Shown: positions 21,900-34,087 of the stretch, piece by piece
Position numbering within the stretch: the stretch's first letter is position 1
How the letters are laid out: each line of letters begins with the position of its first letter
NCBI RefSeq assembly: GCF_001194135.2
Contig: NC_068985.1
Span: 119,523,359-119,558,934 of the forward strand
Direction of reading: 5' to 3'
Source: Octopus bimaculoides
Taxonomy: Eukaryota
Length of the DNA: 35,576 nt
The notes under the pieces: generated by a model
What the model saw: only the letters and a program-made list of their open reading frames with translations
What the model was told of the DNA's origin: nothing
The model's database searches: none
Made by a program: the position numbers and the translations under genes

Positions 21900-22890
21900 A
21901 AGACTGGAACATCTACAATTTCTTGTGAGTATTTTGAACTTCCCTCAAAATAAGTTAAGAAACTTACATACAGTTTTCGAACACATAAACGATCAACTTT
22001 AAAACCTTTAATATCTACAACTTCTGTGAGTACCTGTCCTTTCCTTTCCTCCTGAGTATTCAGAAATGTAAACATCCCCTTTATTCCATTAACACTACAC
22101 TTTTCCCCGTTCGAACCGACAAAAGATCATCACCAGTAAATTTTAAAAACTTAAATCTACAAATCTCTGTAAAAATTTTACTATCTTTTTCTTTCCGTCC
22201 CTCTCTTCCTAAGTATTCGAAAATGTAAACATCTTTTTTATTGCAAAAAGACTACAGTCTTCTTTGAACGGACATACAAACGAACATCTCTAAAAAAAAT
22301 TAGAAACGTTAATATTTCCAATTTTGTGTGAACATTTTATCTTTCCTTTTTTCCTGACTACCCGAATATGTAAACATACCTTTTATTGTAATAAAACAAT
22401 TAAATGCACGAAAAAACTCCTAAAATTAGGGAGGTACCTGCCAATGTATACATACTGCACAACTATAAAAACTGTAAACCACAGCAAAACGTTTAAAAAG
22501 AAAAGAAAAATTCCAAAAGAAGAAGAACTTCAGAAATTCAAAAATTCAACAATGTGAACATCTCTTCCTCCTACTATTCCCAGAGGCTGGAATATCTACA
22601 ATTTCCTGTGAATATTTCAAATCTCTCTCAAAAAACGATCAGTTAAAAAAAACTCTAATATCTACAACTTCTGTGAATACCTATCCTTTCCTTTCTACCT
22701 TAGTATTTGAAAATGTAAACATCCCTTTCATAGCAACAACACTACTGTATTCTCTAACTGGATAGACAAACTAACATATCAAGAAAACTTAAAAACTTTA
22801 ATATATTAAATTTTGTATGAAATTTATCCCCGATAAATATGTAAACAACTTTTATTGCAAATATGTAAACAACTTTTATTGCAAAAACAC
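21900..22890. repeat. Degenerate tandem array, period about 125-185 bp
   Basis: Recurring unit atctacaa.tt.tgtga..cctttcc...agtatt.gaaaATGTAAACAtc..tttattgcaaaaa; TGTAAACA at 22067, 22224, 22369, (22553 variant), 22714, 22840, 22864. Confidence 0.85.
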
Positions 22891-22909
22891 AATTGAATTC
22901 AGAAACTAA

Positions 22910-22917
22910 AACACACA

Positions 22918-22994
<77 letters not shown>

Positions 22995-23012
22995 ACACAC
23001 AAACACACACAC
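22910..23012. repeat. (CA)n microsatellite closing the ~150-bp array
   Basis: Directly visible. Confidence 0.95.
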
Positions 23013-23499
23013 ACTATTGTTTTCTCTACCAGTAATTACAAATAGAACAGGTTAAATTGCTTCTTCTCAAGGGTAAGGTCAGCTCTCCCAGTGGTCGCTG
23101 GTAGTAGTAAACAGATATGACTTCTGCTGACCCAAAGGGTGCAAAGATTCTTTTGTCTCTATAGCTGACCTCCCCACCAACAGCCGAATCTATTTATAGA
23201 CCTGTAGAATTTGATCCATTCCCCAAGCTGCTACTTCACCGCCATTTCTTTCAAAAATCACATATTTATGATTAGCTCAAGTACAAAACAAAAGTTGAAA
23301 ATAAACAACATTTAACAAAATCTCTTAATAATAAATAGAAATAGTAACGAGGATAATAACAGCGGTAGTGGTGGTGATGGCGATGATGATGAAAATAAAA
23401 TTAATAATAATATGCTGCAACTGCTAATGCTACAAATACTACAACTACTACTATTCTGAGAGCACAGGAATCTGAGCCCCGAACAATAATACTAGTGAT

Positions 23500-23518
23500 A
23501 TGAGTGATGATGATGATA

Positions 23519-23553
<35 letters not shown>

Positions 23554-23588
23554 AATAATAATAATGATAATAGTAATAATAATAATAA
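23500..23588. repeat. (GAT)n(AAT)n compound microsatellite
   Basis: Directly visible. Confidence 0.95.
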
Positions 23589-23933
23589 TCTTTTCTACTC
23601 TAGGCACAAGGCCCGAAATTTTGGGGAAGTGGAGCCAGTCGATCAGATCGTCTCCAGTACGCAACTGGTACTTAATTTATCGACCCCGAAAGGATGAAAG
23701 GCAAAGTTGACCTCGGCGGAATTTGAACCCAGAACGTTAAGACAGACGAAATACCGCTAAGCATTTCGCCCAGCTTGTTAATGTTTCTGCCAAATAATGA
23801 TTTCTTTGATAATAATAGTGTCAAACTTTGGCACAGAGCAAGTAATGTTTGAAAGCAGGGGCTAGTCGATTACATCGAATCCACTACTTGACTGCTACTT
23901 ATTTTATCGACTTCGAAAGGATGAAAGTCAACC

Positions 23934-23935
<2 letters not shown>
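23589..23935 (-). mobile_element. Family A SINE (23589-23792) plus a partial second copy (23820-23935), between (AAT)n tracts
   Basis: cttttctactctaggcacaaggcccgaaattttgggg...gctaagcatttcgccc; homologous to the 24708 and 34182 copies. Confidence 0.85.
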
Positions 23936-23991
<56 letters not shown>

Positions 23992-24011
23992 TGATAATAA
24001 TGATGATGATG

Positions 24012-24063
<52 letters not shown>

Positions 24064-24066
24064 CAA
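23936..24066. repeat. (AAT)n(GAT)n(AAT)n(AAC)n tract at the 5' junction of R4 copy 2
   Basis: Directly visible. Confidence 0.95.
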
Positions 24067-26030
24067 CGGAGCCGGGGAACGAAGGATCGCCTCTTAATTA
24101 ATAATCTAATTATCAGGAACTGCAAGAGATGACATACAAACCTGAGCCTGGCATGGGTTGACTATCGCGAAGCATACGATATGATACCACACTCCTGGAT
24201 AATAAGAACAATGGAAATGTATGGAGTAGCAGAAAACATGAGAAGCCTTATATGGAATAGCATGAAATGCTGGAGAACGGAATTGACAGCAGAGAAGCAA
24301 GTACTAAGAGAGGGGTGAAAATCAAGAGAGGAATCTTCCAGGGAGACAGTGTGTCCCCACTGATATTTGTGCTGGGAATGATTCCCTTGAGTGAAATACT
24401 ACTGAAAACAAATTAGGTGTATGATCTAGGAAGAGGTAAAGGAAAACTGAACCCCTTGCTAATCCTGTACGACCTGAAGCTATTCACAATGATACTAAGA
24501 TGGAGTTTGGACTGCTACGATGGTGATGAGACGAGGAAAGCTTGCCAGGACAGAAGGCATTTGGTTGCTAAGTGGTGAAATGATGAAGGTAATTCAACCT
24601 CAATCCAGCTATAAATATCTGGGAATACTTGAGGCATATGAAATAAAACACCACGACATGCAGGAAAAGACAAAAAGTGAATACTTGTGGCGAGTGAGAA
24701 AAATATTCTTTCCTGCTCTAGGCACAAGGCCAGAAATTTTGGAGGAGGGGCCAGTCGATTAGATCGACTCCAGTACGCAACTGAAACTTAATTTCTCGAC
24801 CCCGAAAGGATGAAAGGCAAAGTCGACCTCGACAGAATTTGAACTCAACATAAAGGTAGACGAAATACCGCTAAGCATTTCGCCCGGCGTCGAGTGAGAA
24901 AAATATTGAATACCAGAAACAATTTCGGCAATAAACTCGTATGAAGTGGCAGCAGTTCGGTATAGCGCTGGAACCCTGAAGTTGACAGAAGAGGAGCTAA
25001 ATGAGATGGACAGGAAGTCAAGAAAGCTCCTAACGATGCATGGATCCCTCATCCATCTGCAGACACTGATCTCCTACACATGAAGAAAGCACATGGAAGA
25101 AGGAGACTGATAAGTGTGGAAGACTGCGTGCGTATCGAACTGAAGAGCTTAATGAGATACCTAACCCAAAGTAAGGAAACCTTGCTAGTGACAGTTAGGA
25201 AAGGGGGAGTATTGAGAGCAGAGTAGAAAAAGGGGAAAACAAGGGAAGAAGTACTAAAAGAACATAAAAATGATTACGCAAGAAGGAACTACGCAATCAA
25301 TTCCATGTAGCCACAATAGACGTGGCTGGAAAAAATAGGTGGGATTGGCTGACGAGATGACCCCCCCCCCCCAGAAAAGGAGACCGAGAGTACTATACTG
25401 GCAGAGCAAGACCAAGCTTTGGCCACGAACTGGAGGGAGGGTCAACCTTAGGAATGAGCAAGTGTCTCCGCTGTGCCGCGTCTGCAATAGAGTGGATGAA
25501 ACCATTGCCCATATCACGAACGAATGCCTTAGACTTGCCCAAAACCACTACAATGTGTGGTGACACGACCATGTAGCGAAAGTGCTCTTCTGGTAACTGT
25601 GCGAAAAGTGGGGGATAGAGAGAGGCAAGAGGTGGTATAAGCTCAAACTGCAGAGAGTGGCAGAATCTGAGACTAGCAAAATCCTCTGGCATTTCTCAAT
25701 CCAGGCAAATCAGGTGCTAGAACATAACAGACCGGACCTAGTGGTGGTGGACAGAATGCACCGCATATGCTGTTGCATGTCCCTTTGACCCACGAATAGT
25801 CAAGAAGGAAAGCAAAAAGATAGATAGATACAACCCTCTTAAGTACAAAATAGCCCGGCTATGGAAAATGAAGGTGAAGATAGTGCCAATTATTGTTGGG
25901 CCCTTGAGAACAGTATCAGAAGCCATCAAGAGGAATATAAAGGAAATTGGTATAGAGTGCCAGTAGAACTATTACGAAAGGTTTGCCTCCTTAGTACGGC
26001 CAGAATAATCAGAAAAGTATTAGATAGCTG
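24067..26030 (+). mobile_element. R4/Dong-clade non-LTR retrotransposon (copy 2), RT through RLE, degraded, with an internal SINE insertion
   Basis: WVDYREAYDMIPHSWI (24154), RGIFQGDSVSPL (~24330), YKYLGILE, CRVCNRVDETIAHITNEC (CCHC), RPDLVVVD (25729). Starts directly after a long (AAT)n/(GAT)n tract. Confidence 0.88.
24708..24890 (-). mobile_element. 5'-truncated family A SINE inserted into R4 copy 2, with a 17-bp TSD
   Basis: cgagtgagaaaaatatt at 24691-24707 and 24891-24907. Confidence 0.9.
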
Positions 26031-26039
26031 AAAAGAACG

Positions 26040-26910
26040 AATAACATGCATATAAGACTCCAAGGTCTCCAACAAACCTAACCTGTGATAAAGAGATAAA
26101 AACAAGAAAATATCATATTCAGTAACAAAACGAGAAGACGTCATACTCACTAACAAAACAGGCAAAAGGAATATCTAAGTGAATTTCAAATACAAGTCCC
26201 AGAATTAGACGTACTGGAAACAAGCACAAAAAAAAGCTAAGGGTATGAAAACGCGTACTAAAACTGCTGCCTTTGATACTTTTACTGATAAATGGCAAGA
26301 AAACCTCTCAATGCCAATTACCCAAAGAGAGCTAATAATGCCGATGTTGATAAAGCCCTTACCTATCAATGATTAGTGTATTCTGGCTTAAGGTCAGAGA
26401 CAGAAGGGTTTATCATGGCAGTCTTCTTGCACCTACATAGTATCTCAACAAGCATGATAGAGCACTGGGTAATTTGCAAAGAATTGAACCTGCCTCATGA
26501 GAAATAAATGGTGGGAACACAAACCACCTTCAAAAAAAAAACACTGACAGAAAAATAAAGGCAAATAGCCCAGACATTATACCGAAGGACTTCGGACAAA
26601 AATCATGCCTCTTCATCGACATAACTGCTCCAAAGGACATAAATATATGACTTCCCCAATCGACATAAATGTATTTGTCAAGACACACCAAAAACTGAGC
26701 AAGTATAGAGATCTTGAAATAGAAATTGGCAAACTGTGAAACCGCAAGACAAACAATATCTGTTGTCATAGGTACCTTAGGGATGATAGCAAAAGGGGTT
26801 GATTGCTATCTAGCACAGATACCAGGAGATCCAAAAATGTAAGAAATTAAAAAAAAATAGTGCTCATGGGAACTGCCCATATCCTACGTAAAATATTGTA
26901 CTGTCTATGT
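26040..26910 (+). mobile_element. R4/Dong-clade fragment (copy 3, different subfamily), C-terminal RLE part
   Basis: DKWQE.., DVDKALTYQ*L..SGLRSETEGFIMA, KHDRALG, PDII..DF..KSCLFIDITAP, SKYRDLEIEIGKL, VIGTLGMIAKG, IVLMGTAHILRKIL. The Zn-knuckle segment appears deleted. Confidence 0.8.
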
Positions 26911-27689
26911 AATCCCCCAAATATTCTAATCTGTAAACTGTGTCAAAATACTTTTAAATGTACATATTAGCAAACACCTTTTACTGCTACCTTAAGATCA
27001 CACTATCATCTTATCATCAAATTATTTCTAAAACAAACTTCAAATTTTCTTGTATTTCTCTAGAATTGGGATTTGAGCTGGAAACCAAGACTAGAGAGTC
27101 TGTGACCGATGCAATAAGGGTTCAGGAAGCTTCAACCGCGCCAGAATGAAGGTAAGGTTGTTCAAGGGGACAGAGGACGCTTCAAAGTACGCAGCGCACT
27201 CGCAGTTCTACCAGGATCCTCGCAGTAACAGCAACATCAGAAACAGCAGTAGTAACAACAACAACAATAACAATGTTCCGTTGGCATAAGTTTCATGATC
27301 ACTGAAGCACATAATACATCATACCATATCAAGGACTGAACCTTGTGGTGGACAACTGTGTCAACTACATTAAGCCAAATGCCCTTTTATTTCTAAGACC
27401 ACAGGGTAAGATTTGAGGATGATTTGGCTGCTATTTCTAGTAGGTTGAATGATGCATATTCTCCATAATTTGGTCTTTACTGTCCATAGAATTTATAGGT
27501 ATTGATAGTCTGATGCAAATGATGTTTGAACGAAGTTAGTCAGAAGGATAGCGAGGATAAGTAATCTCCTTTAAAAATTCCCTTCTCTGATGTTTCCATT
27601 TTGACTTGATGTAATTGATACATACGCGCGCGCGCACACACACATGCGCGCACACACAACACAGACACATACATATATATACTGGTTTA

Positions 27690-28005
27690 GTATTGGAGTT
27701 GCTTTATTCATCAATGTCCACTATCTCCAATATTCACTCGTGTGGTAGGTTGTCAAAGGCTTTTCAGTTATCAATTTTTGCCATATTTAGATTTTCGTTT
27801 CTTTTTTTTGTTTCGTTGTCAGTTACACCAAAAATTAAATATTCATCAATGCAAAGAGACTTCCGGGTGGTGTCAGCCATTAGATTGTTAGTAAATTCCT
27901 CACCATTTATACTGGATCAACCTTGGGGATGTTTTTTTGTTGCTCTTATCGCTTTGACCTCTTCTGACATTTTTTTCTACTCTGCTAGTTTGAAATAATT
28001 ATCTT

Positions 28006-28047
<42 letters not shown>

Positions 28048-28155
28048 NNNNNNNNNNNNNNNNNNNNNNNNNNNNNNNNNNNNNNNNNNNNNNNNNNNNN
28101 NNNNNNNNNNNNNNNNNNNNNGAGAGAGAGAGAGAGAGAGAGAGATAGAGAGAGA

Positions 28156-28187
<32 letters not shown>

Positions 28188-29250
28188 AAAACAAAAAACA
28201 AAACAAAACAACCATTCTGTTAGAGAATAAAGGCATATTGTTGGTAAATAAATTATTAAATTATTACTTTATATATTTTGGAGATGTCTTTTGCATTTCT
28301 GACTACTGTTGCTATAGTTTCATGTATGTTGTTGTGTAGGTTTACGATGTAATCAATTGCAAGAGGAGACCTGTTTCTGCGATCATTATTCTGTTAATAA
28401 ATTCAACGCTAGTTTTGCTGAAACATGCATACTGCTGCTGTTATCGCATTTCTCTTTTCTTTCTTTTTTAGAATTTGGATAGCTTTATATGTCTTATATA
28501 TCTTGGTACCTTATGTACTCGCCGTAAGCTTGGATGTTTTGTAGCTGCTGTATCTTCCGTTACAATGGTTTTCTTTTCTGATATATGGCTGAAATTTTTA
28601 GTATCTGTTTGAAACACATGATTTCGTTAGGCATATTAACGTTTTCAAAGTTACATATGCTACCAGTCATTATTAGAATCCGTTGCTTGATTTTTCTTTT
28701 ACATCCAAATTTTACATAATCTATATCTTTCATATACTTCCTTTCATTTTCATTTTAGATACCCAATTTTTCTATTTTAATAATCAAAAATGGGTTTTTT
28801 CTTTCAACTGGATATCGATAGGTTTAGATGAATAATATTTATTGTATCTGAGACCGAAATTATTTTGACTCTATACTCACATAGTTATAAGTTTATTTAA
28901 CTTCAATGTTTGGATTTAGTTGCGTGTAAATAACTTCTTGGGAGGTTTGATGCTTTTGGTCATTATATTTTGGCGGTTTTGTGAATTCTTAGCCGTGGGG
29001 AGTTATTTCCACTGGAGTCATATTATCCATTTTGCGAATTGTCGTTATGGTTAGTTTATCATATTTACCTCTGCGTTTTAAATTATGTTGTGATGAGTAT
29101 TGTTGTTCTGCTTTTCATTATGTGATGTCTTTGTACGAGCATTTTCGTAGGGGTTATGCACTGAGACAACATCTCTTGTCTTGACTTGACAATATTGGGT
29201 AAAGGATACACCAAGAATTGAATTGGAGTTTGACCTCCAGAGTGTTGTAA
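27690..29250 (-). mobile_element. Old R4/Dong-clade fragment (copy 4), pre-RT and RT N-terminal region, split by (GA)n and a gap
   Basis: Minus strand NLNMAKIDN*KAFDNLPHE*ILEI (27724-27793, cf. NLSMAWIDYKKAFD.VPH.WI) and RNHVFQTDTKNF (28588-28626, cf. QNR.FQTDQK.FY). The outer boundary is approximate. Confidence 0.6.
28006..28187. repeat. (GA)n spanning an assembly gap (N 28048-28121)
   Basis: Directly visible. Confidence 0.9.
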
Positions 29251-31329
29251 GATGATTGCAGTGTTTCACGGGCTGGATAGTGTTATTTGTGATAAAATGA
29301 CCTTAAAGAGGGTAATTTTAACAAAAGTTACACTATTCAACCGCCTGTTATAAAAAAAATCGTTAGAAGATTGAACTAATTCTATAAACTATAGCTAGCA
29401 TGATGTCCACTTTCAGGAACTGTGTCATTATTGAGAGATCCTTTTGAGAAGAAAAAAATGTCTTCGTGGTTCTTCGATCTGTTAAAAACAGTAACCAATT
29501 TTTTCTAAACTGGTAGCTCGACCAGTTAAAGAAGAAAGAACAAACTAGATAATGTAGCCCTAGATATACACTCTCTAAATAAAATTATGGATGGTCACGG
29601 TCAGAACACCCTTGATCATAGATCATAGTTACTCGACAGTTAAACAACAGCAACAATCTATTTATTCGCTGAAAGGCACGTTTCATTGCTGGGACCTCCG
29701 CACAGATTAACCGATGAACTACAAATAGTATCTTTTTAATCCATTCGGACGTTAAATATGAGCTTGAAATATAAAATAAAATAAACCTGAAAACATTGGT
29801 GATTATTAACCGTCGTATTGCTTTAAGGAAAATATAGAGAATCGAGATAGATTTTAAAATATTACGAACAGTACCTTCATAGCTATATCGATATATTTGA
29901 TCGTGATATCAGTTTTCCAATGCTTTATTAAAATCTCCCAAGATACCTTATAAGTTGTTTAACAACCGATTGCTGTCGTTTGTTCAAAGATCGTTTGTTG
30001 TTATTAAATATAGCGACATGACATTTTGACTGGTGTCAAAGATGAACTTTCATACAAATAAGACAGGATTTCATCAATAAATTTCATATATTTTAAGACA
30101 GAAAATTATTTTGAATCATATGGACTATAAAACAATTTTTCGTGTAGAATCTGTAAATTTAATCTAAATCTAGAAATATATTTCTGGACTTGTAATATAC
30201 ACATACGCACATTGACATCAGAGTTTTCCTGGTAGGAGAAAGTCAGCTTCAATAATCAGTCTTAAAGTTCAGACTGAAGGAGACATATTCGTGGGCGAAT
30301 CTCTTTTAAACTACAATCTATCATATTAAAATATGGGATGATATTGGACCATGTAGTCGTAGATGAGCGATGTATAGAAATAAGATGGAATGATCATAAT
30401 TGGAATGACTTTTATCGTAGCTCTGTTTGACCTAAGGCTAATAACAACTACAACTAAATTTTATACTTGATTTTCTTTTTGAGATTCACGAGACATTTTC
30501 GAACCATTGAATCCCAAATAGCTTGAGATATGAAATATATTAACGAAGAAGATTCTGTTGATGTAAGCAATATATTTTAAATAAAAATTGTCATTTTTAA
30601 ATAGAAATTGTTCAGAATGCTGCCACACGTTTACAGATGAACAAATCTGATTAATTTTCTCTTCTAAAATTATAATTACTCCTGAATTTAGAAGTGAATT
30701 ATTATAACGATTTCTGATATTACCATGCCTAGGGATATAAACCTTGCAGAAAAGAAAATAACTAAAACAAATAAAAATACAACAACAGAAACATCAAAAA
30801 CCAAACAAAAAAAAAAAAAGAAAAAAAAAAAAAGAGAAAAACAGAGTAATCTTTGAAGAAAAACCCTTAAGTCAATATAACGAAAGCATTATCTTAACAA
30901 GAATTTTCCGATTGAAAAAAAATGAGAAAGCAAGTGTAAATCTTAAGTAGATAGTCAAAATGAGTTAGTGAAAAATAAATTTGAAGACCTTCTTTTTGGT
31001 TTTAAATTCATAGCTAATTACAATGTAAATATATTTTGTTTGAATTGAATGTCCTTTCCAGCAAGAAAAAAGAAAAGAAAAGAAAGAAAAGTAAAATGGA
31101 AACAGAAAACTGCGTTGGTGTTAATATGAAATGGCTTCTTCTTTAACGCTAGGTAATCAAAACGAGAAGTTATTCAGTAACTGTAAGAGGTAAATTGATG
31201 AAATAAAAACTCTAACAAAATAAATACATAGCTATTAATTTATCTTATTTATTTACTCGACAGTGTGTGTAATAACGATACTCGACAGTGTGTGTAGCCC
31301 AGAGATTAAGGAGTTATTTCGGGTCAAGT

Positions 31330-31635
31330 CACTACTTCTCTGCATTGAGAGGTCACATCTCTGATCCCATGGCTATGTGATTAGAATGTCGCAATGTCGC
31401 AGGAAAGAATCGCATGATGGATTCTTCAAGTCGAATTAACCGATAGGAGACCTAGAGGTGCATCATGAATAAGATAATTGGATATATCCTTATACTCAGT
31501 TGGTCACGTTTGGGAATCTAACCAGAGAATGTTATGACGGTTTCTTCTGATAGGAACCAATGGAGGCGGTGCATGTGGATTCCACCCACATGACTGTCTC
31601 AGGAATAGTGGATGGAGCAGACGGGTGGATGGCAA
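31330..31635 (+). mobile_element. RTE-clade LINE 3' fragment (Expander/Rex3-like end)
   Basis: HGYVIRM, ERIA*WILQVELTDRRPRG, SDRNQWRR, then a short 3' UTR ending ..gggtggatgg. Confidence 0.65.
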
Positions 31636-32254
31636 TTTGTTCATCCGTTTGAATATCTTTTTGTTCTTGACGTCTTCCATTTAAGTGCATTTAAGTTGGT
31701 GTGTTATTTTTGTGAGGAGTTTTGGCTGATTATACCACTCTTTGAACTTTGTGTTGTACCTACTTCATCTACTTTGGAATAGGACGAAAAAATAAGTTGA
31801 TAAAGTGCAACGGGAGCTAGTCAAGACGGATTTAAAAATCATAAGGTATTTACATTCGACGTGTCGATTATGTTGTATTGTCAAAAGAAGTCGTGAGTCA
31901 ATTACCAGCAACTTACCTCTGAAATGGAACATCATAAACGCTCGAAGTTTGCGAGTGCATGATCTATTCTATCCAGAAGTTTACTCAAGCATGGGACACT
32001 CCAAGAACATTCAAATTAGTAGACAAATTCATCATGTATTTTAGCCGCAGTGTAAATGCAAAGCTAAATATCTAAATACGTCGCTTTTCATTGAAAATGA
32101 AAAATAAATTCAGCGACAGAATTATAGACATCAAATTGTTTCAATATATACAAGAAAAACAAATCAAATTTATTTGTAAAAATAGAATTAGAAAAATGTT
32201 GCAAGAAGATAACATTATTTCAATTTTTAAATTAGAGAAAGGAAGAAACGTTCT

Positions 32255-32715
32255 GAAAACATTTACGAGCAATGTTTCTTAAATAATTTAGTATTTTATG
32301 ATTTTGATATTCATAGTTAATACGTTGAATTCTTTGAGCATGCTCTTAAATTTCTTTTTCATGATGTATGATATTTCTTTAGCGACGACATATTGTTCGA
32401 GTATTACTTCCGTTTTTTATTGTTATGATGATGGCTCGATTATTCAGCTGACTGATCGATTGCAAAACGTTCACAAGACTTGTTTGTATTTGAGGCACCT
32501 TCTTTAGTGCCAACAAAACAATTCCATAGTGTGTGATCAAAGTGAAGATGTCGGTGTCTAAGTTTGGGCATCTGGGAACAAATTCTCTCTCTATACAATC
32601 TACGATTAGCTGGGGTTCTTCAGACAACGCACTATTGATCCATAAATATTCGAAAGAATGAACTACATCTGAGACAGGCACGAATGCAATGGTTGTAATC
32701 AAATGCATCTTCAAC
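32255..32715 (-). mobile_element. Mutator/MULE-type DNA transposase C-terminal remnant
   Basis: ITTIAFVPVSDVVHSFEYL..LSEEPQLIVDCIE (cf. ALAFVP..DV..AFE.L..PL.DYFE) and terminal EHAQRIQRINYEYQNHKILNYLRNIARK (cf. RI..IV..Y..R..L.YLR.IA). Frameshifted. Confidence 0.6.
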
Positions 32716-33479
32716 GTAAATTCTGCGTTATTTTTGTAAAGTTGCTCAAAATAATTTATTAGAACGGATTAAATCACACATTGAAAGAAACTGGAAAAAA
32801 ACAACCTAGAGTTTAGAAATCTCTCTTAACGCATTAATCATTGCTTGTTCAAAATCTGTCACAACTACATGTTGGATAAAAAAGCTGGTGCTTATAATTT
32901 CAATCCTGAGAAAACCTGTTTTAACTCTATTCAGTTATATTGTCTCAAGTTAGAGGCAGGATATAAAAACTAATGATTTCGTGTGTCGAGTAAAGCTGAA
33001 TGAATAAAGTTGAAACCGTCTTGCAAGTCTCATCTGCATCCCATGTTCTTTGCAATAGATAAAAACAGAAGATTTCTTTTCATGTTGAAAATATCATAAT
33101 ACTACCCGGCTCATAGTGTGTAATTCGATTGTGATTTTTTAATACTATATTCATGAAGTATCCCATATATGAGTGAAATTTCTGGAATGAGTGGATCATG
33201 TATTCTCAAACATTGAACGTTTTGGTTGTTCCTTTTCATGGAGAGGATTGCAGATAGCTGATTCATGACTGATTGAGATAATTCAACACAGGTTTGAATT
33301 ACATTCTAATAAAGTTTTTTTGTGAATTGTAGATGATTTTGCAGTTGTTTATTTGATCAGTTTAATGGTTTTATTAAAAATATTTACCGAACAAACTTCT
33401 TTAGGGAAATATAACGATTATTAGGCGGCGAATCGATTAATAGAATAATTAGACTGTCGTAAAGAATGCTTCATAGTAC

Positions 33480-33705
33480 TTTTTCACTTGTTCTGATTCT
33501 GTCTGCTTTGAATTCAAATTCTGCCGATGTTAACTTTGCTTATCATACGTTGGAACGTGTGTGTGTGTGTGTGTGTGATGTGAGGGTTGTCGATAAGATA
33601 GTATTAAATTAGGGCGGTGAATTGACAGTACTGTAAGACGCCGGATAGGAGACCTTGCGTTATTTGATCGCCTCCTTGTATTCTGAGTTAAAATTTCACC
33701 ATGGC
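33480..33705 (+). mobile_element. Two diverged family A SINE head fragments
   Basis: gaattcaaattctgccgatgttaactttgc (33510-33540) and gggcggtgaattgacag...ctgagttaaaatttcacc (33612-33705). Confidence 0.55.
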
Positions 33706-33779
33706 CTGCTTGGATTGCGAGACGTAATCCGTCGTTCAGTTTACGACCAGCACCTTGTATCTTTAGCGGAGTTCACTCT

Positions 33780-34087
33780 ATCGGAAGCATTTGGGCCTAA
33801 CCATCGGTTTGAGAGTACTTTCTTCCATCCCTCCCAACAATTTCGGAGGCCTTGTAATAGGTCATATGCATGGACGTTTGCTTTCTCTCCAGACTATGAA
33901 AGAAAAAAACCCCAGAAAAATGAAAAAAGCTGTGCGTCAGCTTTTACTAAAGGAACCAGAATATAGTAAAAGAAGAAGAGGTAGATCGTGTCGAAAATAT
34001 GTACAGAATTTACTAATGGACACAAACCTTGAGATAAAACAATTGTGTTGCGGAGATGACAGAGGGCAGGAAAACGTAAAGGAGACT
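33780..34087 (+). mobile_element. RTE-clade LINE 3' fragment
   Basis: GHMHGR..AVRQLLLKEPEYSKRRRGRSCRKYVQNLLMDTNLEIKQL...DDR matches the RTE C-terminal GH..R....LLLWEP..GKR.RGRP...Y.D.L..DT pattern. Confidence 0.65.

Noticed and set aside
21689-22075. 128-aa minus-strand ORF
   Set aside because: It runs through the tandem array and has no recognisable domain; likely a chance ORF.
21900-22890. CRISPR-like interpretation of spaced repeats
   Set aside because: Eukaryotic context, degenerate repeats with homologous 'spacers', and no cas genes.
23589-24890. Idea that family A SINEs are mobilised by the neighbouring R4/Dong elements
   Set aside because: R4 copy 1 ends in sense (AAT)n, whereas the SINE sense tail is (ATT)n, and no shared 3' sequence was seen. 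The 17-bp TSDs fit an APE-type partner equally well or better.
27121-27250. Possible small exon with an AAG|GTAAGG donor at 27151/27152
   Set aside because: No convincing acceptor or recognisable peptide, and it lies among R4 debris.
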